Of a stretch of DNA of 25,699 bases, positions 8,650 to 16,840 are shown in pieces. The stretch is from a virus (lineage: Duplodnaviria > Caudoviricetes), in IMG/VR virus record IMGVR_UViG_3300025575_000043, positions 1 to 25,699 of that record. The stretch is one strand, 5' to 3'. A program made the translations under genes and the position numbers. The notes beneath the pieces are model-generated. The model searched no databases, had not been told where the DNA came from, and saw nothing but the letters and a program-made list of their open reading frames with translations. Positions within the stretch are counted from its first letter, which is position 1; each line of letters starts with the position of its first letter.

Positions 8650-8843
8650 AAGTGTTCTACTTATCTGAGAAGCGTTTTATTGCCCGGATCATCAAAAGAT
8701 GGAGTAAGCGGAAATTTCACTACCACGCAGGACATGTTCAACTTTTGGAATACAGTTTTCGTGCCGTTCTTTACTGGTCCGGTATTGAAAGACAGAGAGT
8801 AAGTAAAGTTAATAAACTGAATAATAACTTAAAACTATTTTAA
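8646..8843 (+). CDS. Hypothetical protein
   Basis: ORF track 8640..8843; ATGA-coupled start at 8646 is possible. Confidence 0.5.
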   Translation: MKVFYLSEKRFIARIIKRWSKRKFHYHAGHVQLLEYSFRAVLYWSGIERQRVSKVNKLNNNLKLF

Positions 8844-8845
8844 AA

Positions 8846-9508
8846 ATGGCACTAAATAAGGGTACTGGCAATATGTATGATTTTATTACTCATACATGGA
8901 ACACCGTAAAAGGTGAATGTTTTCACAACTGTTCTTACTGTTACATGAAAAGGTGGGGCAAACTCAAACCCGTTCATTTTGATAAAAGCGAGTTAAAAAC
9001 CGATTTGGGAACCGGTAACTTTATTTTTGTTGGCTCTAGCTGTGACATGTTCGCTGCTGACATTGATAACAACTGGATAGCCGAAACATTAATTCATTGT
9101 GACAAATTTGATAATAAATATCTTTTTCAAACTAAAAATCCAGAAAAAGTAATGAATTTTCATTTGCCAAAAAAATCAGTTATCTGTACTACCCTTGAAT
9201 CAGATATTTTTTATCCTGAAATAATGAACAATAGTCCTCAACCGTTTGATAGAGCAAAATATATGGAAATGCTTTCTGATTGTGGATTTGAAACATACGT
9301 TACCATTGAACCGATAATAGATTTTAATCTGGAACACTTCGTTAAGATGATCAAACGTTGCCATCCAGAACAGGTAAATATTGGTGCAGATAGCGGAAAC
9401 AATCATCTACCTGAACCATCGAAAGAAAAGGTGTTGCAACTAATAGAGGAACTTCAAAAGTTCACTGTTATTCACAATAAGTCAAATTTGAAAAGACTTT
9501 TAAAATAA
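8846..9508 (+). CDS. DUF5131 (phage Gp37/Gp68-like) radical-SAM-like protein
   Basis: TWNTVKGECFHNCSYCY (CxxxCxxC), FVGSSCDMF, QTKNP, TIEP. Confidence 0.8.
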   Translation: MALNKGTGNMYDFITHTWNTVKGECFHNCSYCYMKRWGKLKPVHFDKSELKTDLGTGNFIFVGSSCDMFAADIDNNWIAETLIHCDKFDNKYLFQTKNPEKVMNFHLPKKSVICTTLESDIFYPEIMNNSPQPFDRAKYMEMLSDCGFETYVTIEPIIDFNLEHFVKMIKRCHPEQVNIGADSGNNHLPEPSKEKVLQLIEELQKFTVIHNKSNLKRLLK

Positions 9509-9542
9509 ATCATCAATCATCGAATAAGTTAAAAATAATTTA

Positions 9543-9550
9543 TATATTTG
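9543..9550 (+). promoter_or_regulatory. -7 promoter box TATATTTG
   Basis: Exact TAnnTTTG in intergenic DNA; no clear -33 box. Confidence 0.5.
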
Positions 9551-9555
9551 TAGTC

Positions 9556-9651
9556 ATTAGCACAAGGTTTTTTTCATAGGTTTTAAAGATTAGGTTTGTT
9601 TTTAGTTGAACACATTGAGTTTCCCGGTTTTGATTGATCCGGGAAATTTTT
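9556..9651 (+). ncRNA. Candidate ~95-nt U-rich small RNA
   Basis: Bounded by a -7 box and an intrinsic terminator; contains an anti-start-codon tract. Confidence 0.4.
9620..9651 (+). terminator. Intrinsic terminator
   Basis: TTTCCCGG-N11-CCGGGAAA followed by TTTTT. Confidence 0.65.
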
Positions 9652-9675
9652 CAGAAAAATTTGTTAATAAATAAC

Positions 9676-9837
9676 ATGAAGAAAATAAAGGTAAAAGATA
9701 TTGATTCAAGTAAACTGATAACTAAATCAGAATATGCAAAGCAGATTAAATCAAACCCTGTCCAAGTTCAGAGAATGATCGAAAGAGGCGAATTGACAAT
9801 AGTAATTGCCAAAGGTGCTGAACTAATACACTTGTAA
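9676..9837 (+). CDS. Small HTH (excisionase-like) DNA-binding protein
   Basis: ITKSEYAKQIKSNPVQVQRMIERGEL; start moved to ATG 9676. Confidence 0.6.
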   Translation: MKKIKVKDIDSSKLITKSEYAKQIKSNPVQVQRMIERGELTIVIAKGAELIHL

Positions 9838-9871
9838 TTTTTTTTGACGTAAATCGTTAATAATTAACACT

Positions 9872-10324
9872 ATGGCACAAACATATTTAGACAAATTAAA
9901 GAGCCCGAAATGGCAAAAGAAACGGCTCGAAATCTTAGAAAGAGATGAATTTACTTGCATTGACTGTGGAAGTTCTGATAAAAATTTACAGGTTCATCAT
10001 ACGATTTATATAAATGATCGTAATCCATGGGAATATGAAAATTTTCAACTGATAACTTTATGTGAAGATTGCCATGAAAAATTTACGTCTATTAATAAGT
10101 TAATAAAAGTACAAATATCAAGATTTAATCAATTAACAGAGCTTCAATCAATAAACGAAATATTATATAGTTGTTCAAAATTAGATCCTTCTGAAATAGA
10201 TTTAATAATGGATTTTTCAGATATTATTTGTGAATGTGATGAAGTATTAAAACAATCAATAAAAGGATTTATATCATCATATAAACAGGCAATAATAAAT
10301 AAAAACGATCCTAATTATTTTTAA
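9872..10324 (+). CDS. HNH endonuclease
   Basis: WQKKRLEILERDEFTCIDCG...LQVHH...LITLCEDCH. Confidence 0.9.
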   Translation: MAQTYLDKLKSPKWQKKRLEILERDEFTCIDCGSSDKNLQVHHTIYINDRNPWEYENFQLITLCEDCHEKFTSINKLIKVQISRFNQLTELQSINEILYSCSKLDPSEIDLIMDFSDIICECDEVLKQSIKGFISSYKQAIINKNDPNYF

Positions 10325-10326
10325 TT

Positions 10327-11031
10327 ATGGAAGGTTGGATTAAGCTACATAGACAAATTAAAGATCATTGGCTTTGGAAGTCTGATAATCGTTTTAAGTG
10401 GTGGATTGATATTTTATTGACGGTAAATCATTCAGAGTCTAAAGTTTTGATAAAGGGTACTTTAATTGAGTGTAAAAGAGGTCAAAGTATAAGGTCATTG
10501 GAATCATGGGCAAAGGAGTGGAATGTGTCAAAAGGTGCTGTTCGTGACTTTTTTAAGCTACTTCAATCTGACGAAATGTTGACCACAGAATCACTTCAAT
10601 TTACTACACGGATAACTGTTTGTAAATATGAAGATTACCAGACTGAACTACACGCTGAGGAAACGCTAAAAAAACGCAAAGGAAACGCTAAGGAAACGCT
10701 AGCCTTACCCAAACAAGAATGTAAAGAAGGAATAGAAGGAATAGAAATAGTAAATACTAATACTTGGCGCGAAAGTTTTGAAATATATCTAAATGAGTGT
10801 AAAGAATCATTTGTAAAATTTCATTCTGATGAATTAAAGTTAGAAAAGCAAGAAAGACTAAATCCAAATGTTGATATTAAATTGACGATAGAAAAGGCTT
10901 ACGATAAATTTTGGGGAACCGAGGCCGGATGGAAGAATAAAAAAGATTCAAAAACAAAAAATATTGATTGGGATTCAACAATCAAAAATGCAATATCATT
11001 CAAATCAAATATAGTTTATAAGCAAAAATGA
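10327..11031 (+). CDS. Phage replication initiator / replisome organizer
   Basis: N-terminal GWIKLHRQI..HWLW, RGQ..S...AKEW wHTH, ITVCKYEDYQ; internal tandem repeats. Confidence 0.8.
   Translation: MEGWIKLHRQIKDHWLWKSDNRFKWWIDILLTVNHSESKVLIKGTLIECKRGQSIRSLESWAKEWNVSKGAVRDFFKLLQSDEMLTTESLQFTTRITVCKYEDYQTELHAEETLKKRKGNAKETLALPKQECKEGIEGIEIVNTNTWRESFEIYLNECKESFVKFHSDELKLEKQERLNPNVDIKLTIEKAYDKFWGTEAGWKNKKDSKTKNIDWDSTIKNAISFKSNIVYKQK
10648..10702 (+). repeat. Five tandem 11-bp iteron-like repeats (consensus GGAAACGCTAA); putative origin
   Basis: CTACACGCTGA/GGAAACGCTAA/AAAAACGCAAA/GGAAACGCTAA/GGAAACGCTAG. Confidence 0.7.
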
Positions 11032-11483
11032 AACACGAAGCTGAATATTATCAACAAACTGAAAAAATGATCGAATATTACCGGAATAAAAAAAGCCCGG
11101 TAAAAGAATATATTTTAGCTTGCTATAATTACGTTTCTGAACTAAAGGGATTAGAGGTAATTGAAATATTCACAGAGCTAGAATATGAACGATCTTTCAT
11201 TCAGCTCTTGAGTTTAGTTAAGGAAAATTACAGGCCGGATCATTTCATTTCATGTACGTCAGATTCATTTATCCGTATTTTTGAGGATGAATTTATAGTT
11301 TATGTACTTTCGGTATCAAAACAGTTTAAAAAGCTGATAACGTGGAATCAATTATGCCAACTTGAATATAATTTTTCAATGTTGAAAATTAGATTTGATG
11401 TTAAAACAGGATTCAGAGAAGATTTTTTGCCGTTTGCAATTAGAAACATAAAGCTTTTGGAATTATGGACTTTGAAAAATTAA
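11028..11483 (+). CDS. Hypothetical protein between initiator and helicase
   Basis: ORF track; overlaps both neighbours. Confidence 0.7.
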   Translation: MKHEAEYYQQTEKMIEYYRNKKSPVKEYILACYNYVSELKGLEVIEIFTELEYERSFIQLLSLVKENYRPDHFISCTSDSFIRIFEDEFIVYVLSVSKQFKKLITWNQLCQLEYNFSMLKIRFDVKTGFREDFLPFAIRNIKLLELWTLKN

Positions 11484-12358
11484 ATGATAGCCTCAATGGA
11501 TTTCTGAATAATGAAAAGGTATCAGCACCGGAATACAGTGAAGATCAAATGTGGGGTATCGTTGAATCGGCGCAAATTAGCTATACTGACAATATTCGCA
11601 AGCCTCCAGCAATTATGAGTATTTGGCAGGATGGAAAACAGATACCAATTATGACACGGGGAAATTTTTCACTATTTAAGGGTCAGGCCAAAAGTAGAAA
11701 GACGTTTGGATCTTCTATGATTGCAGCCTCTTTGGCATATGATATAAAATTATATGATACATTTATTCCAAACATGAAAGGGAAAACTACGCTTTTTATT
11801 GATACTGAACAATCAGAATATCACGTATATAGATTTGTTAATTCCGTGGTTAATTTGTCTGGTTTTGACGGTCAGCACCCAAATTTTAGGGCATTGTGTT
11901 TAAGACCGTTTGAAACAGCAATGAGATTGAAAATAGTTGAATTTTTGATATACAACGCTAAAAATTTAGGTTATGTGGTTATTGACGGAATCAGGGATTT
12001 AATCAAAGATTTTAATTCATTGGATGAATCAACCATGATTTGTGATAAGTTACTGAAATGGACAAAAGAAAAGAATATTCATATTTCAGTTGTATTGCAC
12101 GAAAACCCTTCGAGAGATGGATCAATGAACAAAGCTCGCGGACACTTAGGAACCGAACTGGCCAATAAAGCCGAAACAGTTATCGGATTTGAAAAAAGTA
12201 AGGAAGATAAGAGAGAAACTATTATTCGTTCAGATGATACCAGGGGTGAAGAGTTTGAACCGATTTATTTTAAAATTGATCAAAACGAAAGAGGATTATT
12301 CCCGGTAATAGTTGAAAAAAATGTTTACATATCAAAAAAAGAACCCGACAGATTTTAA
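11465..12358 (+). CDS. AAA_25 / RepA-like SF4-type replicative helicase
   Basis: Walker A GQAKSRKT, FIDTEQ, Walker B VVIDG, VLHEN, RGHLG. Confidence 0.8.
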   Translation: MDFEKLNDSLNGFLNNEKVSAPEYSEDQMWGIVESAQISYTDNIRKPPAIMSIWQDGKQIPIMTRGNFSLFKGQAKSRKTFGSSMIAASLAYDIKLYDTFIPNMKGKTTLFIDTEQSEYHVYRFVNSVVNLSGFDGQHPNFRALCLRPFETAMRLKIVEFLIYNAKNLGYVVIDGIRDLIKDFNSLDESTMICDKLLKWTKEKNIHISVVLHENPSRDGSMNKARGHLGTELANKAETVIGFEKSKEDKRETIIRSDDTRGEEFEPIYFKIDQNERGLFPVIVEKNVYISKKEPDRF

Positions 12359-12417
12359 TGAATCCTTTTACGAAAAGGAAGATAAATCAGAACACGTACC
12401 ATTTTAAAACTAAAATT

Positions 12418-12624
12418 ATGAAAAATCAAAATTTACAGGATATCAAAACCTATCCAGAAATGAATCAAAACATTAAGGATTATTTGGAGTTTAGGAGTGA
12501 CGTTGTTAGTTTATACGCGTTGAAGCGCATTAATGAACTCGAAAAAGAATTGGAGACATTAAAAGTATCCCATAAAAATGTCATATCAGAAGAAGATGAA
12601 CGTACCAGTCAAGTTGCAAGATAA
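12418..12624 (+). CDS. Hypothetical protein
   Basis: ORF track 12358..12624; alternative ATG at 12418 with typical leader. Confidence 0.55.
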   Translation: MKNQNLQDIKTYPEMNQNIKDYLEFRSDVVSLYALKRINELEKELETLKVSHKNVISEEDERTSQVAR

Positions 12625-12701
12625 ATCGGCGAAATGTCAGACGAAGAATTTGAAAATAATTGTAATAATAATGAATTTTTAACCAATAAATCAAATAAAA
12701 T

Positions 12702-12890
12702 ATGAAACCAGAAAAACAAATTGATCCAAAAAAATTGATCGTATGGTCAGAACTCAGTCGTTTGCTTTGCGGCTCAGCAACAAGTTTGCAGTCAACCAGA
12801 ATTAGCAAAGTGCAGTCAAAGGACATTGAAAACCTGATGAATTTAATCCGTGGCTGGTGGGAGGGGATTCAGGCACGAAAAAAAGATTAA
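12702..12890 (+). CDS. Small putative HTH regulator
   Basis: LIVWSELSRLLCGS...; typical leader. Confidence 0.6.
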   Translation: MKPEKQIDPKKLIVWSELSRLLCGSATSLQSTRISKVQSKDIENLMNLIRGWWEGIQARKKD

Positions 12891-12981
12891 AAATATGTTT
12901 TCAAACATACAAATAAATTAGGAGTGAATACTAAATTCTTAGTATCTTTACTTCATCAAACAATCACAAATACAAAACATC

Positions 12982-13125
12982 ATGAAAACTTCAAAAATCG
13001 AAATGGTAAAAATGATCTTAGTTGCAAACTGGACAATCACCAGAAAAATTAAAACGTTGGTATTTGGGTTTAATAAATTCGCAAAATACGTTGAAGATTT
13101 TGATAAACAGCTTTTTAACCTGTAA
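12982..13125 (+). CDS. Hypothetical protein (47 aa, MKTSKIEMVK...)
   Basis: Manual translation; A/C-rich leader. Confidence 0.55.
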   Translation: MKTSKIEMVKMILVANWTITRKIKTLVFGFNKFAKYVEDFDKQLFNL

Positions 13126-13130
13126 TAGCC

Positions 13131-13295
13131 ATGCCAAATTTCAAAGCAGTAATAACAGAAACAACGGCCAAAGACAAAGGTCTGGTTATAGCCAACACGA
13201 AGAGCCCTAGCCAATATCGGGGCATGAACAAAGAACAATTTACCGAAGCCACAAAATACCTATCAGCTTTTAGTATTTCAATAATTGAATTTTAG
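13131..13295 (+). CDS. Hypothetical protein (54 aa, MPNFKAVITE...)
   Basis: Manual translation; tightly packed. Confidence 0.5.
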   Translation: MPNFKAVITETTAKDKGLVIANTKSPSQYRGMNKEQFTEATKYLSAFSISIIEF

Positions 13296-13323
13296 TTTAA
13301 CAATCACACAAAAACTGCAGATC

Positions 13324-13542
13324 ATGAAAAAGTTATTCAAAATGACAGAAAGTGAAGTTCAGCAACTAGCAAACAATCCAAATGTTTTTGGTAGTATGTT
13401 AGCAAGACACGAAATGAATAAACGCGTTACTGCAATTCATTTAGAACAAGGAATTTACGACAAAGACGTACCCTATATATTTGATGCAAACGATAGAGAA
13501 CAATATAGCCGTGAATTAAATACGGTAGTTTGGGAAGATTAA
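13324..13542 (+). CDS. Hypothetical protein
   Basis: ORF track 13285..13542; ATG at 13324. Confidence 0.65.
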   Translation: MKKLFKMTESEVQQLANNPNVFGSMLARHEMNKRVTAIHLEQGIYDKDVPYIFDANDREQYSRELNTVVWED

Positions 13543-13647
13543 TCCTGCTTTTTCCTGCAAGTTTTTGAGCAGGATCACAACCCCGGTAGTTTCGACTGCT
13601 GGGGAATTGGTGGTATAAAGCAGGATGTTCTGCTTTTCAAAACTTGC
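13542..13647 (+). ncRNA. Candidate structured RNA or regulatory leader with crossing helices and a UUCG hairpin
   Basis: 10-bp perfect helix, 9+8-bp helix, and a 10-bp UUCG hairpin with two G-U pairs. Confidence 0.55.
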
Positions 13648-13652
13648 TTATT

Positions 13653-13745
13653 ATGAAAACTATTTATCAGATCAGGGATTTTGTATTTGTTTCAGGATTC
13701 GTCCTATTTGCGTTAATCATAGTTAGGTTAATCATTCAAAACTAA
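13653..13745 (+). CDS. 30-aa hydrophobic peptide (MKTIYQIRDFVFVSGFVLFALIIVRLIIQN)
   Basis: Manual translation; one TM-like segment. Confidence 0.5.
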   Translation: MKTIYQIRDFVFVSGFVLFALIIVRLIIQN

Positions 13746-13750
13746 GCGAA

Positions 13751-13879
13751 ATGATCACAACATTAAGAGACTTAAAAACAAACAGAGTAACTTTTTACAG
13801 AAATGGCAATCAGGTCTTTGATTTTACTATTTCGGGTAATATTGTAGAGTTTTCAAACGGTGAATTTATTCTAATTTAA
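13751..13879 (+). CDS. Hypothetical protein (42 aa, MITTLRDLKT...)
   Basis: Manual translation; fills the gap with 5-nt spacers. Confidence 0.5.
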   Translation: MITTLRDLKTNRVTFYRNGNQVFDFTISGNIVEFSNGEFILI

Positions 13880-13884
13880 AAGCT

Positions 13885-15246
13885 ATGAATTATCAGGAAT
13901 TTTTAGACCTTAAGAAACATTCAATTTCAGATTATGGTATTACTCCAAATTTCATACCTGATCAATTGTTTGATTTTCAAAAATACGTTGCTGAATATGC
14001 GATCAAAAAAGGGCGTTGTGCTATATTTTTGGACACCGGAACAGGGAAGACAATAATCGAACTGGTAATTGCTCAGAACTACGCAAAACACACAAATAAG
14101 CCTGTTTTGATCATTACTCCTTTGGCTGTTGCTTTCCAGTTTGTCCGCGAGGCTGAAAAGTTTGGTATTGATTCCGTGATGTATTCCAAAGATGGTAAAT
14201 ATTCAACCGATATTGTTTTATGCAATTATGAACGGTTGGAAAAATTCAATTCAACTGATTTTGATTGTGTAATATTGGATGAAAGTTCAATTCTTAAAAA
14301 CTTTGACGGTGCAATAAAAAATCATTGTACAACTTTTTTGAAAAAAGTAAAATATAGATTTTTGGCAACCGCAACCCCTTCTCCAAATGATTTTATAGAA
14401 CTGGGAACCAGTTCAGAGGCTTTAGGATATATGCCATACATGGAAATGTTACAGAAGTTTTTTGCCAACAATGAAAACAATATCAGGCCGCAGGAAATTG
14501 CCTGTAAATGGTATTTGAAACCACACGCTGAAAATGACTTTTTTAAATGGGTTTCCAGTTGGTCAATTTCAATGAGAAGGCCGTCAGATTTAGGATTTTC
14601 AGATGAAAAGTTTATTTTGAAAGACCTTTTTATTAATGATCATTACGTTAAGAATGATAAAAACTGGGTAGTTAATGGTCAAATTATGATGTTTGGAAAG
14701 ATAGCCAAAACAATGACAGAAGTAAGACAAGAGCAACAAATGACAATTCAAAATAGATGTGAGAAGGCTGTTGAAATTGCATCCGGTCACGAAACTTCTG
14801 TTTATTGGTGTAATTTCAATTACGAAGGCGACCTGATCAAAGAACTTGACAAGTCAGCTTATCAGATTTCCGGGTCAATGGATTTGGACAAAAAGGAAGA
14901 AATTCTATTAGCTTTTTCAAAAGGAGAAATAAAGAAACTGATCACAAAACCAAAAATAACCTGTTTCGGGTTGAACTGGCAACACTGCAATCACACTACA
15001 TATTTCCCAACGTGGAGTTACGAACAATGGTATCAGTCAATTCGTAGGTTTTGGAGGTTTGGTCAACAAAGAGATGTTTACGCCGACCGGGTTCTTTCAG
15101 ATGGTCAACAGAGAGTAATTGATGCAATCGAACTTAAAACAGAAAAAGCAATCAGCCTTTTTGAAAAGCTGAATATCAATCTTAATTCAAATATTTCGTT
15201 CAAAAAAGAATCATTTAACAATCAAATAATACTTCCAAAATGGTAA
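13885..15246 (+). CDS. SF2 (SNF2-like) helicase/ATPase
   Basis: DTGTGKT, LDESS, TATP, FGLNWQ, QSIRRFWRFGQ. Confidence 0.9.
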   Translation: MNYQEFLDLKKHSISDYGITPNFIPDQLFDFQKYVAEYAIKKGRCAIFLDTGTGKTIIELVIAQNYAKHTNKPVLIITPLAVAFQFVREAEKFGIDSVMYSKDGKYSTDIVLCNYERLEKFNSTDFDCVILDESSILKNFDGAIKNHCTTFLKKVKYRFLATATPSPNDFIELGTSSEALGYMPYMEMLQKFFANNENNIRPQEIACKWYLKPHAENDFFKWVSSWSISMRRPSDLGFSDEKFILKDLFINDHYVKNDKNWVVNGQIMMFGKIAKTMTEVRQEQQMTIQNRCEKAVEIASGHETSVYWCNFNYEGDLIKELDKSAYQISGSMDLDKKEEILLAFSKGEIKKLITKPKITCFGLNWQHCNHTTYFPTWSYEQWYQSIRRFWRFGQQRDVYADRVLSDGQQRVIDAIELKTEKAISLFEKLNINLNSNISFKKESFNNQIILPKW

Positions 15247-16244
15247 AAGATCAGGTTATTACAGATCAATATGCTATCTATAATAGTGATTGCATGTTCG
15301 TACTTCCGACATTAGAAAATGACAGTATTGACCTTTGTGTTTACTCGCCTCCATTCGCCGGGTTGTATAATTACAGTTCATCGGAAAATGATTTTTCAAA
15401 TTGTGAATCAAAGGAACAATTTTTGGTTCAGTATGAATTTTTGGTAAAGGAAATTTCAAGGGTAATGAAGCCTGGTCGTATTACCGCCGTTCATTGTCAG
15501 GACATACTTTTACACACAACCCAGCATAACATTTGGGATTTTCCTCACGAAATAATTCAGCTTCATTTGAAATATGGATTTACCTACAACAACCGAATAA
15601 CTATTTGGAAAGAACCGCTGGAAGTTCGTAACCGGACAATGGTAAACAGTTTAAAGCACAAACAGCTTTGTGAAGATTCAACAAAATGTTATACCGCCAT
15701 GCCTGACTATCTTTTGATTTTTAGAAAAGCAGGAGAAAACGCAGTCCCGGTTGTACATGAATACGGACTATTTCATTATGCCGGAGCTAATCCAATACTT
15801 GAATTTTCAACAACCAGAGAGCGGTCAATGTTGGAAAAGTACGGTGAATTTGAAAACATAAAAGCGCGTCATCAGGGTTCAACTGATGGAGCAACAAACA
15901 AATTAAGTCATGTTATTTGGCAGCGTTACGCTTCATCTGTTTGGGACGATATTCGTTCAAATAATGTTATGCAATTTAAAGAAAGCAGGGAGGAAGATGA
16001 TGAAAAGCACGTTCACCCCCTGCAATTAGATGTTATTGACCGTATTGTAGACCTTTATTCAAACAAAGGAGAAGTAGTATTAACTCCCTTTATGGGCGTT
16101 GGTTCAGAGGTTTATAGTCCGGTTTCAATGGGCCGAAAAGCTATTGGAATTGAGTTAAAAGAAAGTTACTACAAACAGGCCGTTAAAAATTTGGCTGACG
16201 TGAAAAGTAGATTTTTAGAAGATACTCAGCAGAAATTATTTTAA
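15240..16244 (+). CDS. N4-cytosine/N6-adenine DNA methyltransferase (beta class)
   Basis: Motif IV SPPF near the N-terminus; HVHPLQ; motif I PFMGVGS near the C-terminus. Confidence 0.9.
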   Translation: MVKDQVITDQYAIYNSDCMFVLPTLENDSIDLCVYSPPFAGLYNYSSSENDFSNCESKEQFLVQYEFLVKEISRVMKPGRITAVHCQDILLHTTQHNIWDFPHEIIQLHLKYGFTYNNRITIWKEPLEVRNRTMVNSLKHKQLCEDSTKCYTAMPDYLLIFRKAGENAVPVVHEYGLFHYAGANPILEFSTTRERSMLEKYGEFENIKARHQGSTDGATNKLSHVIWQRYASSVWDDIRSNNVMQFKESREEDDEKHVHPLQLDVIDRIVDLYSNKGEVVLTPFMGVGSEVYSPVSMGRKAIGIELKESYYKQAVKNLADVKSRFLEDTQQKLF

Positions 16245-16271
16245 CCTATCAATATGTAAATACTCTTAAAA

Positions 16272-16333
16272 AATCAACCGGGAATCAGAATAAAATTATT
16301 TGCTGTAAAATTATCTCAACTTTCCGGTTGATT
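16272..16333. repeat. 10-bp perfect inverted repeat upstream of the modification/terminase promoter
   Basis: AATCAACCGG (16272-16281) / CCGGTTGATT (16324-16333). Confidence 0.6.
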
Positions 16334-16338
16334 CGAAT

Positions 16339-16369
16339 TTTGATATTGAATAAATAATCGCTAATTTTG
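16339..16369 (+). promoter_or_regulatory. Consensus Bacteroidota sigma70 promoter for the ParB-CmoA-C5 transferase-terminase operon
   Basis: TTTG-N19-TAATTTTG. Confidence 0.7.
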
Positions 16370-16387
16370 ACTTGAAAAATATTGGTT

Positions 16388-16840
16388 ATGAAGATTGAAA
16401 CAAAGAAGATCAGCGAACTAAAAGCAGCTCCATACAATCCACGTAAAGCAAGCCCGAAACAGGAAGAAAATCTAAAACGTTCACTTGAAAAGTTTGGGAT
16501 CGTTGAGCCGATTGTTTTCAATAAGCAAACAGGACATATCGTTGGCGGTCATTTCCGTGTCAGGGAGTTAAAAAAGATGGGTTTTAAAGAGGTTGAATGT
16601 GTTATCGTTGATTTGCCTTTGGAAGATGAAAAAGAGCTTAATATCCGGCTTAATGCAAATACAGGTGAATTTGATTGGGAAATATTAACCTCTTGGAATA
16701 TGGCCGATGAGTTGAATGATTGGGGGCTGGAATTACCGGACTTTGGAATAAAACAAGACGATGAAATATTTAATGAAAAAGAAATAGATGGAGAACTCGA
16801 AACAGAACACAAATGCCCAAAATGTGGATTTACCTTCTGA
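16388..16840 (+). CDS. ParB/Sulfiredoxin-like N-terminal domain protein with C-terminal CPKCG
   Basis: YNPR...LKRSLEKFGIVEPIV...IVGGHFRV...LNIRLN...GEFD; ATG at 16388. Confidence 0.85.
   Translation: MKIETKKISELKAAPYNPRKASPKQEENLKRSLEKFGIVEPIVFNKQTGHIVGGHFRVRELKKMGFKEVECVIVDLPLEDEKELNIRLNANTGEFDWEILTSWNMADELNDWGLELPDFGIKQDDEIFNEKEIDGELETEHKCPKCGFTF

Noticed and set aside
10648-10702. CRISPR array
   Set aside because: 11-bp tandem units without spacers, inside a CDS
12948-13238. Track ORFs 12948..13238 (-) and 13022..13210 (+)
   Set aside because: Two ATG-started plus-strand ORFs with typical leaders tile the region better
13542-13647. Known ribozyme or tRNA
   Set aside because: No hammerhead CUGAnGA/GAAA core or cloverleaf seen; TTCGA lies in a plain hairpin. 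A covariance search is needed to exclude this fully.
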